A stretch of DNA of 64,000 bases from Octopus bimaculoides (GCF_001194135.2 NC_068981.1:62370973-62434972), one strand, 5' to 3'. Positions 12,148 to 26,738 are shown, counted from the first letter of the stretch. The notes: a model not told the origin generated them from the sequence alone. A program made the numbers and translations.

Positions 12148-12493
12148 CTGTGTGGTAAGTAGCTTGCCTATCAACCACATTGTATCGGGTTCAGCCCCAC
12201 TGCGTGGCACCTCGGGCCCACCAAAACCTTCTGAGTGGATTTGGTAGACGGAAACTGAGAGAAGCCCGTCGTATATGTGTGTGTGTAAATTTGTGTGTGT
12301 CTGTGTTTGTCCTCCCATCATCGCTTGACAACCGATGTTGGTGTATTTACGTCCTCGTAACTTAGCGGTTCGGCAACGAGACCGAAAAAATAGGTACTAG
12401 GCTTACAAAGAATAAGTCCTGGGGTCGATTTGTTCGACTAATGGTGGTGCTCCAGCATGGCCGCAGTCAAATGACTGAAACAAATAAAAGAAT
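12148..12493 (+). mobile_element. SINE family A
   Basis: Head GTGTGGTAAGTAGCTTGCC...GGGTTCAGCCCCACTGCG (B-box-like) through tail CATGGCCGCAGTCAAATGACTGAAACAAATAAAAG. Confidence 0.9.
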
Positions 12494-14761
12494 ACATACG
12501 CAGCCCTCAAACAAAAGGTGAACTATAGAAAACAACTAGCAAACAAAATACAACTATGAGAATAACAAAGCACTGTGACTGTAAATCAGTAGAATAGTAA
12601 ATAACTCGATAAATAAAATAAAAACAACCAGTCATGTATACCTAAAAATTATAACAAACAAAGACAAATTGTTTTGAAATTTTTAATTATTAAATTCGAG
12701 AGATTTCTCTTTGGGCCAATGAAAATACCCTCGCCCTACACACAACAATAATTTACATGCCTAGCTAAGTTAGACGTAATGAAAACCGAAATAAAAAGGA
12801 ATGTCATGAATATGAACAAAATATATGAAATAGCTGAAGCAGAAGTTACATAAATACGATATGAAAATGCAAAAGAGAGTCGCGAAAGCATTTGAATCAA
12901 AGATCAATTCTCGGATATTACTTATGCCGCCCCTTGATGCAGTGAAACACAGTGCATCTAAAATGGCATATTGGAATAACTTAGTCAACGACTTATACTT
13001 CCTGAAAATGTGATTTAGAGGAAGGAGAGAATTTCTCATGGCATTAGCAATCCGTTAAATATTTAAGTGGTTGCTTTGTTTGACTAATGGTTATCTATTG
13101 AATAAAATGAAATTAATGTCAAAAATTAACAATTGAAATAAAACGAGACAAATTTAACAGAAATATAATACATAAAAAATACAAGAACATCAAATCAAAA
13201 TTTTCAGAATGCCACTCTGGAGTATTTTTGCACCATCACAAAAAATTCGTTCTAATTAAGAGCGGCAGTGGTGCAGAGGACTAGCAAGGCAGCTAAACTC
13301 CATTCCGGAACGATGTTATGGATGACTACATAAAAAAGAACTAGAAACGAAAGCTCCACGAAAAGCAAGAGAAATACAAGAACATTGTAGATGAATACAA
13401 GTAGCGACGAATCAAAAATACATATTGAAATAAAAACAATGAAGTAAGCGAACGAACTTGGATGAGCATAAATTCTGAAATAGCCAACAGTTACAAAATA
13501 TGAAGAAATGGAACGCTCTGTGATGTAATAAAATACTAAATTTATGGTTGCAATATTTGATAAGCATAAGGTGCCAGCAGAGATATTTAATAACATGGCA
13601 AAAGAACAGGAAACACTTAGCCAAGATGGTCTGTAAGACGGAAAACATTTTAAACAATGCAACCGAAGAACCAGCTAAGCTTAAAGGCAGATAACGTCGC
13701 TTACTGCAGCTAAAATATCTTTTTTTAATATTTTAAAAATAGATAAATACGTATTAGGGAGCTATAGAATATAACGTTTTAAGATGCTGTTTGTTAGTGA
13801 TGTTGGTGCCGATTTCTTTTTTCAGTAGTTAATCATGGTGGTCTCTTCACTGATCAACGAAATATAACTGCATCTCCTCATCTCCTCTGTCTATCATTAA
13901 AAAAAAGAAACAATCGTAAAAATCATTTTCAAGAGATGTAGATCGCAGATAAATAAATCCAATGTTATGTGCGTATGTATTGGTCTTCTTGTCGCAAGAA
14001 TAGCAAAATAGAAAATAATGAGAAACTAAAATGAGTTGGTCGGGTAATGAATGAGATGTGGAATAATGAATGAAGCTCATTTTTACCTCAGTATTCCAGA
14101 CAGAATATCTAATTATATTTTATGTCATAAAGTCTGGGTCTAGTTTCTCAGCCATTTTACTTCATTCCAATCTAAATGAATTCCGCTAAAACTGTTTTTC
14201 ACACAAAAGATCAGACGTTGCATAGATTTGAACATTTACTTTATTATCTTATTGATTTATTGAATTATTTTTATTACAGTTCCCCTAAAATTACCAATGC
14301 AACCGACAGATAATTTTCAAAGCTGTAGCGACCACAACGAAACGTATCCTATAGATGTGCACTTGCAGATGTAAGATGAAACAAGACACTAATGTTACAA
14401 CAGACATTAAAATTTGCCTTTCTTCTTCGTGACAATTAATTCAGTCGTATAAATAAATAAATATTCAACTATGAAAGCTCAAGACAAAAGAAATTACAAA
14501 GGACAGATGATAACAGGTTTTTGCCATATTTAATTATACATTTTCATTATCCATCCTATGTGAATTAGCATTGCTGGTATTTTAAAGCAGAGACGACAAT
14601 CGGTGTAAACTGTTCGACGCACCTAACAAGAAATAACAGTATCCTAACGTTTTAATACACATACATGGTTATACAATCACCTACACACACAGAGACACAC
14701 ACACACATACACACACACGCGAGCACACATACACACACACACACTCACACGCACACATATG

Positions 14762-14797
<36 letters not shown>

Positions 14798-16844
14798 CAT
14801 ATACATCGTTTCTATTATCTTAAACTGTTGTAAGTCCAGGTTTGGTCAAATGCGTTTTTTTTTTCCTTTAATATTTGATTTTGCTTGCAATAGCTGGTCA
14901 ACAGCTTGCAATAGGCTTTCAAACTATCGTATGTCTAGCTGCTTCAGATGCCAAGATATGAATATTGTCAAAGTGTAGTACAACGGCTTACCATTTTTCA
15001 AAAGCGTTGTAAGTCCCACATACGACAGTTTTGCAAAAATATTTCTGACTGAAAATATCATACATGCATGGAGCTACCATTTTATGCACCCAGCAATGTA
15101 TTATCGTTAAGCTGAAACTGTTGCTAATGTAAAAAGAGATGGAATGGCGAAACTATTTTTATCGATTTCTGAAAAAGCAACGTGTGGATTTATGTGTGTC
15201 TACACACACACATATATATNNNNNNNNNNNNNNNNNNNNNNNNNNNNNNNNNNNNNNNNNNNNNNNNNNNNNNNNNNNNNNNNNNNNNNNNNNNNNNNNN
15301 NNNNNNNNNNNNNNNNNNNNNNNNNNNNNNNNNNNNNNNNNNNNNNNNNNNNNNNNNNNNNNNNNNNNNNNNNNNNNNNNNNNNNNNNNNNNNNNNNNNN
15401 NNNNNNNNNNNNNNNNNNNNNNNNNNNNNNNNNNNNNNNNNNNNNNNNTATATATGTATATATATAGATGGTAAAGTATGATTTTTGAAAGCTCGAGCAG
15501 CTATTTCTCGCCATTTGGTCGACCTTGTAGAGATTCCCTTGGTTATACGTCTATACCATTGTATTATTTTACATTTCAGAGTCATATGGTATAGAGACAA
15601 TTCGGTGGTAAGACAGCTTGACAACAATATAGGAGGACGATAATTAACTGAGCCAGCATCTTAGGTGATTGTGTGACTTGTCAGTGATAGGAATAATTTC
15701 TGTTACTGTTGTTTTTGTTGTTGTTTAGTTTTGAGATCTTCCGTGCTAAGCCACACAAAAATATATGATTAAATCGAGAATTATTTTTCAATGGATAGCT
15801 TGAATATCTTCGATTGAAACAAAGGGGTGATCATGGCTGTAACGCCTTGAGCAACAACGAACAAACAAAATTTTGATGATTTCTGTTACAACACTTTTTA
15901 GGAAGGGTTTGATCAGTCTGCTATAACTTTGAGCTAAAGCGTTACAATAGTTGTTACCAAATAAATGTCAGTTCCCTTCTGATAGTTACAGTTCGAGCTA
16001 TTATCATCCAGTGATATTACAGTCTAGTGGTCTGTCACTCTGTCTCAAGCAAACCGCCCAAGGCATGAACAATATTTGAATATACATAAGTATTAAAATA
16101 ATAATTGAGAATTTTCTGTCAAGTATTTTCTTACACTAAAGTGACAGAATGATATTTGAATGTAGTTTTGGCAATGTTATATATAAGTTGATATGTCTGA
16201 ACGTCAAAGTTTATAATGATATTTGTAGTAAGTTAGAATGTTGTTGTTCATATCGCTGTTTAGTCCATGCTAAATGTGATCGAACGACATATGTTTTCAA
16301 GACATAGATATCCAGTCCATGAATATTCTATCTTTTTGAATGTCATTACATTATTTAATCTGTAGTATTTACTTAAAGTTGGAACAAAACTGTTTGGGGA
16401 GTGCTGGACTGTTATGTATAGCATATTGAAAACCACAAACAAACATACTAATTGTCTCGTGAAAAGAGAGAAGATTAAGCTTGTGTTTTTTGTTGTTGTT
16501 TCTCTATGTATATGTAGTGAGTGTGTATTGAAAAATGTTTCTTTTCATAGAGGGAGTGCAAATTGTTTCTATGATGTCTGCATTCAATAAATGAAGGGCT
16601 GTGGGGGTACTGTGGATAAATTGGTGAATTTATTTAAAATGTAAACGAAAAAAACTCATTAAAGTAGAGATGGTATGAGTGCAAGAACGATCAGATATAT
16701 GTATGTGTGTGTATATATATATATATNNNNNNNNNNNNNNNNNNNNNNNNNNATGAAATATTTAAGTTTCAGTTGAATTATGTACTTACGTTGAGGCACT
16801 AAGTTTGTCCAGTATTTCCTCACACCTCGAAGTTATGTGAATAA

Positions 16845-17807
16845 AAAGCAAATAAGGAACAAGGATGTCCAGGTATCAGTGCATAACGGCTGTTTCAAGC
16901 TGCACCATTTAATCGAGCAATGCAAATATTACATCAATTTGAAATAAACTGCCCTCCTCGGAGGCATACGATCGTATAGATTTCCAACATACAGATATAC
17001 TCTGTTATAATTTTTTAGCAAATTTTTCTTCAATACGAGAGACAAAAATGCATTGCTTCTTTTTGCCATTATTGTAGCAGAATGAATTTAGGGAAAAATT
17101 ATCTAAAGCCTACTATAATTTACAGTGGCAGAAAGAAATAATGGGGATCAAGAAAAACTAATGGTGACATGACTACATTCATCTTTATCCTTATCACATT
17201 CAAAAGACTTAATGCAGCAAGTAGTCTACATCTCCTTAGAATTAAAACCGTTGGGAATTAACAATTAAGTTCTTGTTGTTGGTGATTAATTAATGTCAGA
17301 TACTCTTCCCTACCACTATTTCACTATGACCATAAAATCAGCCATACCTACATAAAATAATGTCTCAGATGATAGCAGGATAATGATATATAGAGATGAG
17401 GTGATAACCAGAAAGAGGAAAGGCAAGGGTGACATAACATATTATGATTATCAACTAAAAGGGACCTAAACTGGAAAACAAAGGTCACATTGACCTCATT
17501 TGCAAACATGGAAATTAAAAATACAGGAGAAAAGTATTATAGTATGCTTTAGATATTTTTCCCTTAAATTCATTCTGCTACGATAATAGCAAAAAGAAGA
17601 AATGTATTTTAGTCTCTAATACTGATGAAAAATTTGCTAAAATTATAAGGGTATATCCTGTAGGTTGGAAATCTATATGGTCATACGCGTCTGAGGAGAG
17701 TGGTTTATTTAAAATAGATGCAATGTTTGCATTGATCGATTAAATGGAGCCGTTTGAAACGGCCGTAATGCACTGATACCAGGATATCCTTGTTCCTTAT
17801 TTGCTTT
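16845..17807 (+). mobile_element. Short PLE relic: endonuclease C-terminal remnant flanked by ~275-bp inverted pLTR arms
   Basis: Arms 16845-17119 and 17536-17807 align as inverted repeats along their length; spacer translates (+) as DLMQQVVYISLELKPLGINN* (to 17268), like a PLE GIY-YIG C-terminus; arms carry HHR motifs. Confidence 0.7.
17683..17775 (+). ncRNA. Type I hammerhead motif in right arm (mirror copy on minus strand at ~16878-16970)
   Basis: GCGT-CTGAGGA(17691-17697)-GAGTGG...CCGTTT-GAAAC-GGCC-GTA-ATGC; perfect palindrome ACGGCCGT; stem II GAGTGG/CCGTTT with wobbles; left arm reads CCGAGGA...GAAACAGCCGTTATGC. Confidence 0.6.
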
Positions 17808-17809
17808 AC

Positions 17810-17888
<79 letters not shown>

Positions 17889-18639
17889 CTTAAATATATG
17901 AAAGTGTGTATATAAGTATTTTGGCATGTTTCATGTATATAGGTATGCATGTACATGAGCACGGATTAAAAATAAAATTCTCACTGATGTCGTATATATG
18001 TACAACTGATAAAAGTAGAAAGATATACTTTCAGACTTTATAATAAAAATCACCCCGTGGTAGCAATCAAGAAAGGAAACTTTGGCCAGATTCTTAATTC
18101 GTTCTCATTACTATTCATGTTAACATTCGCTGCACGTATCTGTTCACCACCTCCTACAACACACTATTTTTTTTAAATATATAAGCGTATTTGACGTTCA
18201 GTCCATCTTTACCTATAATTAAAACGAAATATAATTTGATTCATTTATTTAGGCCTTAGATAATAAGAATGCTAGGAACTAAATTTGGGTTACTTTCAAA
18301 TAATCTGAATGAATCAGTCGAAAATAACTAGTTTCTGTATTAGAATAACGAGGGGAATTTTGAGCAAAATAGACTTGATTTTAGCCTAAAGTCATCTCAG
18401 TTTAGAAAACAAAAATATGTAAGCATGCAAAATAAAGCCAAAATAAATATGCGCAAGAGTTGAAAACTGCTGTTCGGTGTTGTGCACATTTGATTGATTA
18501 GTTAGGTTGTATTATCAGATGAGTTATATTTTTGCGGTAATTATACTTCAACATCATAAAACGAAATTTGGATTCGATTCCTAGAGGCTTTTCCCTTCAC
18601 TTCACATGTACGTCAAGCTAATGTATATATGTACGATAC

Positions 18640-18990
<351 letters not shown>

Positions 18991-19529
18991 TATGCATGTA
19001 TACGTATTAAATCATTAAATTTCTATTGAAAAAAACGACACGCTGTATATATTTATATATACGTATTTTAGAAAAACAGTGCTAAATCATTGACGAATGC
19101 CATGCCTTTAACAGCAGGCGTTCAGAGAAGATATATATATTTGAAAATTACATGTTATGCATTAAAGATTACAATGGGATTTTCAAAGAGTGGCCCGCAA
19201 GATTTTATTATACTATAGTTCTAATTTAATGTAAATTTGGTATTACATTAAATTATAAAATGTATCGAGCACAATGACAGAGCAGGTATGAAAATACTTT
19301 TTTTCTGTTGCTGTGAGAGACTGTTAATCATATTTCTATTCAACTTGCATGGTTTTTTTTAACGTTGGTATTAGATTCAGATGTCATAAACTCATGAATG
19401 CAATATTCTGCGACTAAAGAAGCACTACTTTTGAAAATCACCAAATTTCAATCCTACGTGTTAATTAGAGTGATTGAAATATATCATTTCCATATAGAAA
19501 TTTAACTTTGTTCTCTGCTAACAAAGGCA

Positions 19530-19690
19530 TCGCAAGGGTGTATGATTTACGATGTGAGCTCAAATTTCACCGACATTGGCTTTATCTTTCATCCTTTCAT
19601 TGTCGATAAAATAAGTACCAGTTGAATACGGAGATTGATATAATCACCTTTCCTCATCCACCGTAATTGCTGGCTTAGTGTAGACATTTG
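19530..19690 (+). mobile_element. Decayed SINE family B copy
   Basis: GAGCTCAAATTTCACCGAC..CTTTCATCCTTTCATTGTCGATAAAATAAGTACCAGTT matches the 2492 and 19701 copies. Confidence 0.65.
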
Positions 19691-19700
19691 TAAATATTAT

Positions 19701-19895
19701 GGCGGTGAGCTGGTAGAATCGTTTCTGCGCCAGAAAAAATATTTAGATTCATTTCTTCCGTGTTTACTTTCTGAGTTCAAATTGCGCCGAGGTCGACTTG
19801 GCCTTTCATCTTTTCAGGGTCGATTAATTAAAGTACCAATGAAACACTGGGGTCGATGTAATCGACTTGTCCCCACCAAGCAGAAAGGGTTATTA
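19701..19895 (+). mobile_element. SINE family B
   Basis: GGCGGTGAGCTGGTAGAATCG...CTGAGTTCAAATTGCGCCGAGGTCGAC...CACTGGGGTCGATGTAATCGACT; homologous to 2492-2712. Confidence 0.85.
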
Positions 19896-20019
19896 TTATT
19901 ATTAATTTCATAAACACACAACAAAGTAGACTGTTGAGAAAAAAAAATCCTAAAATCGGCCTACAACAAGTAACCTTAGATGCCAAGTACCTTCCTAAGT
20001 ATCCTAGCTGTCCCTCATA

Positions 20020-20076
20020 ACATTATCATTATCATTGTTGTTATTATTATTATTATTATCATCATCATCATCATCA

Positions 20077-20127
<51 letters not shown>

Positions 20128-20128
20128 G
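20020..20128 (+). repeat. (TTA)n/(TCA)n trinucleotide microsatellite
   Basis: Direct reading. Confidence 0.95.
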
Positions 20129-20739
20129 TGTCTGAAGCAAGTAAACACTTCTTCGTGGTTCGTAAGGCTTCTTTACAATTTCTTGATTTATCAGTTCATA
20201 TTCCAAATTTTGTTGAACTGAAAAATAAGTAACTCAGTTCGGTGTAAATAGAGTACATCGGTCTGGTTAGACTTCGCTCTTTGGGGTGAATTTTGAGATT
20301 GAAAATTGCAGCGGCAGCAGGAACAACAACAGCAACAACAACAGCAACAACAACAGCAACAACAACAGAAGCAGCAGCAGCGACTTTAAAAATGACGCAA
20401 GTACGGCATCCACAACTATCCCCAACACCAACAACACCAGAATACCACCGCCACTGCCACCATTACCACCATATCCATAAATAAAGTGACAAGAACAGCT
20501 GTTCTTTTTCTAAGCAGAATGGTAACGGTTCAGCTCAAGCTTGTCGGAAAATGTTAACAAGTCCAGTTGAGATTTTAAAAATGCTAAGCGTCTACATGGT
20601 GCACTTGACAATGATTGGTAGAGCACTCTTCCTTAGCACATCGGGGGAAGTACAAGAAGACACTAAGAATAAACCACTATATATATAAATGTATATCATT
20701 AATGACAAGGAAACTGGATCGAGCAACGCAGGTCTGAGA

Positions 20740-23700
20740 CCGGTCTAGAGTTTAGAAACATTTGTCACCCGTTAAGGTAAGATTCTCAACCGAAGAATTA
20801 ACCAAAGAAAATACCACAGAAACCATCAAAAGTGAAGAATTATGGCTGATTCCTACATACCTCGGTTGGAGTATTTCCAAATAAAGGGAGCAGAGATGCC
20901 TCCAGAATTGGACATCTGTTTGCCACTAACAGCCTTCTTATACGTCATAGGAGACAAAACAATTCTGCACATCCACAAAATTGGAAAGGATAATTGGTCA
21001 GGTAAGAACATTGAATTGTGTTTACACGCCGATATGATGGTACCGAAGGCAACCCTGACCTGATCAAAGTATTTAATCGAACAGTTATTTTTAGCAGTAG
21101 AGAGCGGAAAACTGAGATACCACATTTGTGGTGAAACAACCCATTTAAGGCTTTCTGCACCATGCAAAGAAAATAAGAAATAGCTACTGCAGACAACATC
21201 AGCAACAAAAATCAGCACCACTACCGACAATAACATCAATAGCATCGTTGCCAAGAGCGGCAGCATCCAAAGCCAAAACAACGACATCAATAAAAGGAGT
21301 AGTAGGACAGATCCATTCAACATCAGCAGCAAAAACCAGTACCAATCCTGAGGGAAAACAATAACACCAACTACACTTTTGCAGCGAAAGACGCCTCACA
21401 CACACCAGTTGACCAGGACCCCACATAACAAATATGACTGTGGAGACATACCTCTCTCCCTTGCTACAGATTTTTCAGATTGTGGAATCTAGACTAGCGA
21501 GTAATGGATGCCGGTGAGAGAAATATAAAAAGTTGCAAAAGGAAAAGACTAAAAGCAGAGATTAGAAGAGGAGACAGAGAAACCAAAACACTACCATACA
21601 CCCATATACCTTACTTCAACGCGATTACAAACATCTCCAACACATTAAACACCACCAACATTGCAAACACCTTGACAACTGAAAATACATAGCAATTCAG
21701 AACAACATGAACTGCAATCCCAAGGCGTCACTAATTATACAGCCATATACACAAGAACTTAAAACATTCAAAAATACCCAGAGCTTACTCTAAGTGAATA
21801 CGTCGCACCGCCGCATATTGCCCCTATTCACATAAAAATTATAAAAACAACGCAACAAACTTGCAAAAAACTGAAAACAAAATTATCCTAAACGAATGGA
21901 ACATTTCTGTGAGACCATGAAAAGGGCTCTACTAAGAAATGTTTGTGGGGACATTCGCTAACAGCCAGAAGAATAGAATATCTGTCCGTGCACAGAAATA
22001 GGACAAGAGATTCTCTTCATCCTCCGTCTCTCTGACAAATAGGCACTTGTTCAGAACAGGCAGTTTAAATGCACGTGACCTGGGTACACTTGGAAACAGG
22101 GCCACCTATCCAATGACTTCAGATCACTGAGTTCAGATGTATTGGCTATCACTGAAACAAGACTCGCCGACCGACGAGCTTTCATGCCCATTTTCGGTAG
22201 ATACGAGAGTTACTAGTCTCCATGTCAACCGGAAACGGAGTGCTACGGTGATGTTCCGGAGAGGTCTCAATCTCAAGGACTATTTTCTGCACCCAGAAGA
22301 TAAGTCGGTAGTCCAAGATGCGAGCACTAGTGACGAGACTGCCTTAAGATTGGTGGCTGTTTATGCTCCGACAATCCTACAGAGGCTGGATTAGGGAATT
22401 AGTTAAGCGAGCGTTGATAGGGGTCATTCGTCTACAACAAATGATGGTTTGCCTTAAAAATGGCAGTTAGATTAGAATGGATAAGGCTTAGTAAAACGTA
22501 AGCGATAAAAAGGAATAGCAGACGCGCTTAGGAAAAGCATCACAACCGACGTGCTGGCGGTGAGATTGGCCTTGTTCCAAGTTTTCAATGCTAAGCACGA
22601 AAAATGCATTGTCTGAGCTGAAGCGCGTGTCTAAGAAACGAGGAATGAAAACTGCTTGGTGAGTCCAAGGGACAAAAGCGCAACATGACAACAAAGTTAT
22701 AATTCCATCTTGGTGGAGAAAAATGAACACACAATACTCGAGTTCGAAGAGATGAATGCGGCATTTCGGCAGCATTTCTCCCAACTGCTTGGGACGAATG
22801 TCAGTCCGGCAAACAGGACGGGCTTTAGTGCCTACCTTGATGGCAGGCTATGGCTACCGGTAAATGGTGGGGAGGCGTTGTGAAATGCTGATTACAGTCG
22901 TGGAAACACGGGATTCGATGACATGCTGCACGAGGGTGGGGGCAAATCAATGGTCTATCTTGTGAGCTTTATTTCTATATGCCAGATTTCTTTGGCGTCC
23001 TCTTAACAGATATCTAACGCGAATGGCTGCAGAGCAGAGAATTCCTAGTTTTGAAAGTCGAGAAGCGGTAGTACTGTTGAGAAAAGACCCAAATAAGGAG
23101 AACCAAGTAAAACATTTTAGGTCCATAAAGCTGCTGAGCGCAGATTTCAAACTTTTGTCCAAACCGTTAGCAAAGAAACTGGCGTTTGTCGTCGAGAAGC
23201 TGATTGGTGATGTGCAAAGATGCGCCGTTCTAAGTATATCCTCCACCCTATGCGTTCCATCGTAGAGAGGGTGGGTAAAGAAACTGGCATCGATGGGGTT
23301 CTGAGGAATTTAAATCAATCTAAAGCCTTCTATAAGGTCGACCACTGACATTTGACAACCGTTTTCACGGCGGCCTTTTCCTGTCCTGTTTTTCGTGGCT
23401 GGATCACTGCAACGTACAGCGACATCTGCTCGCTAATTTGAGTGAATGATTATCTATCGTACGTGCACACCACCATGCGCTCGATCCGTCAAGAGTACCC
23501 TCTTGTCTCCTCTGTTTGTACTGGCTCTAGAGGCACTACTGCGGAAACTGGAGGCGTTGAGAAGCATCTCATGGGAACTAGGTTGTGGGAGAACTGTGTC
23601 AGCATACGCAGACGATGTAACCGTCATAGTGTCGAACAGCAGGCACATAGACCGAGTCGGCACTGCTCTAAACGAGTACAAGGCTGTGTCCGGAGCAAAG

Positions 23701-24460
23701 ATTAACCGAGTGAAATTAACTAAGTCAATTGGTATACAACTCGACAGCTAGAGAGTTAGGTCCATGCTGTCCAATAACGCGGTGGGACGCTGGACGCAGG
23801 TGGGGACCGGTTAAATCGCTCGGAGTCTGGTTAGATCCAGATCTCCAAACAGAGAAGGATGAGGTGACGAGCAGAGTGGTAACTTTCACTTATACTTGAG
23901 CCGAGAGAAATCTATTCCTAAAAGATCGGACAGAGGTGGTAAATTCTTATATATTTTATATTATTGTCCGACTGTCATGTCTTGCACTAGTTTACGGCTG
24001 ACCAAACTGGAGCGCGCACTATTCCACTTTCTGTGGAATGGACGCGTTCCACTGGTCAGGTCTTCCATTTCCTGCTAACAACCGCTGAATGGGGGAATTA
24101 GCATGCTGGGGCTACTAATGCGCAAACATGTCCTGAGGTTGCATCATTTCCAGCGTTGCCTTGACGGTGAGAAGATGTGGTCGTCGTTTGTCACATGAAT
24201 TTCCACAGCTCGTATCTATGGCTGAGCTGTAGTTCTGGGTCAAACTTAGACAGAGCCAGAGTGCCTTGATCTCTAAGTGCAATTAGGCGCTCACAGTCGT
24301 CAGTCGGTTTGGCAATGCGGTTGATGGAAGTTCCACTCTGGCGTTCTATAGAATGTTAGTGGCGAGCAAGTGCGACGACGTTCTTGGAGAGACTCTCAGC
24401 GTTAACGAGAATCATCTGGTTGTTCTGTTCCGGAAGACTTTTGGGCCGGGGTCTATGGAT
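20740..24460 (+). mobile_element. Near-full-length decayed Tx1/L1-clade LINE (ORF1 + APE-RT ORF2)
   Basis: ORF1 remnant with degenerate CCHC knuckle (RYHICGETTHLRLSAP, ~21110-21160); APE remnants from ~22040 (SLNARDL, RLVAVYAP); RT motifs (FRSIKLLSADFKLLSK, LSPLFVLALEALLRKL, SAYADDVTVIVS, SGAKIN); many stops and frameshifts; boundaries approximate. Confidence 0.8.
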
Positions 24461-25056
24461 AGTTTAGACAAATCGAAAGAGCATGTCTGCTGTACCAGAT
24501 TTAAAGTTTTTTTTATACTGCTTGCATACTTACAGCTACAGTCACGCTGCAAAAATTGGAACTACGACTGTATCGAAAGTTGATATTCTTAAAATGTTTA
24601 AATCGCTAACTGATCTTTCGAAGGGCCATCGAAAGTAATTCCGAAATAAAAAAAAGTTATCGCCAAAATCGTGTTAATAACACGCAAAAGTCGTTTGGGC
24701 GACGTAGACTTAATAAAATTAAACACAGGCAGAAATATTACCAAGATAAACCAAATATAATATTAATAGTAACCTTAGTAATTACAAAGGAAAGTGGGTT
24801 TTCCTTCACATAAAAATATCGAAACCTAAGTACCCAATATTAAAGTCAAAGATAAAACAAACAAATTTAACAAAATATATCTTAATGAAAAGAGACGAAT
24901 GGGAAAATGGAGAGATAAATGCTATAGATATCAATCTTCTGGCTGAAATATTTTACAGCCACATATAAACTACTTCCAAAATAATTTTATAGGCAATTTA
25001 AAGAACGCTAAAAAAAAAATGCTGTAGTATATAGAGAAACAGGAAAATCTAAAAAC

Positions 25057-26230
25057 TATTGGGTTGTTCGGAAAGTTCGTGCCGATTTTTAAAGGAAAGA
25101 AAAATGTCAATAAATACTTCCCATTACATTTTTAATCAACCAAATAGGAACAATTTTGTTGCACAATGCGTCTCTATCTTTCCATTAACTTGAAGATACC
25201 CTCTTCCCAGAATTGGGGTAGTTTCATGGCAAAGAATTCATCAAGGTATCTTTTTACGTCATCGAAGGAATTGAAATTTTTAACATTAAGACTATTCTAC
25301 AGAGACCTGAATAAGTGGAAATCCGAAGAAGCAATATCTGGTGAATATGGAGGGTGCGGTAACACATCCCTGCCGAGCTGCAGCAATTTTTGTTTGGTTC
25401 CCAAAGAAAAGTGCGGTCTTGCATTATCATGTTGGAAAACATCACCCTTCCTGTTGGCCAATACTGGACGTTTCTCTTGAATTGCTGCTTTTAACTCGTC
25501 CAGTTGTGTGCAGTATTGCTCAGAATTAATTGTCTGGTTACTCGGGTGAAGCTCCTAGTATAGAATTCCTTTCCAATCCCACCAGACACAAAGCAAGACT
25601 TTTTAAGAGTGAAGACACGCTTTTGGGGTGGCTAAGGATGGCTCATATCGCTTACTCCAGGATCGCTTTCTCTGAACATTTCTCATCACCTGTCACAATT
25701 TGCTTTAAAAAAGGCGCGTTTTCATTCCGTTTATAAAGCGAATCACTGATGGAAATGCGATCCAAATGGTTCTTCTCACTCAGCTCATGTGGCACCCAAA
25801 TATCGTAGCGATTTGCGTACCCAAGCTTTACCAGGTGCTCATGAACGACGAATTTTGATAGGTTGAGGCTTTCTGCCAATTCTCGGGTTGTGCAATGTGG
25901 GTTATTCCCAATTAATGACTTGATTTGGTCATCATCTGTAGTGGATAGTCTGCCTGATCGCTCTTTATCAATAAGGCTATGATCTCCAGCTCGGAAGCTT
26001 GCGGACCACTTCTGTACAGTTCTTTCGGATAAAGAAACATCACCGTAAACTACGCATATTTCATTGGTTGCTTGTAATGCATTTTTCCCTTTACGGAAAA
26101 AGAAAAGCATCAAGTGCCGAAAATGAACTTTCTTATCTTTCATTTTAAATGGTTACAGAATTAATACAGTTTATAGGAACATAAACCTTCTTCCACGAAA
26201 AGATGGCTTAAACTGTTCTCTAAAGAGTTT
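25057..26230 (-). mobile_element. Mariner transposon (Hsmar1-like), one TIR, decayed
   Basis: ORF 25652-26143 (HFRHLMLFFFRKGKNA...WVPHEL...IVTGDEK); downstream HDNARPH and HPPYSPDIASSD; TIR-like TATTGGGTTGTTCGGAAAGTTCGTGCCGATTTTT at 25057; no partner TIR found. Confidence 0.9.
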
Positions 26231-26631
26231 GAAGGAACAATAGAAAAAGAAAGAGAAGATTAAGAATGAATGTCAAGGTTCATAAAAGGAAAGGATATTA
26301 GAAGAAGAAATGAATCTAAACCGTTGATGAAGTAGCAGAATTTGAAAACATCATATTTAAAATAGATGTCAAAATCATTCTAGTGGCTTTCAAGAATATG
26401 CAAAATTGTTGCTGACTCTGATAGATCAAAAGAAAATAACATTATGGGTCTTGCAGACTTACACATTCCAGTTGTCTCTAAGTACCTTTTCAAGAAGCTT
26501 CACTGGATACACTGTACACTGCCATCCTCACATCATGCAATACTTCATATTCAAAAATCTTTCAGTTACATGTCTTTTCCCTAATGCTTTCCTAAGGTAA
26601 TATTGTCTGAACAATCAAGTTCTTTTCGCCA

Positions 26632-26636
<5 letters not shown>

Positions 26637-26716
<80 letters not shown>

Positions 26717-26738
26717 TGTGTGTGTGTGTGCGTGTGTG
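26637..26738 (+). repeat. (TG)n microsatellite
   Basis: Direct reading. Confidence 0.95.
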
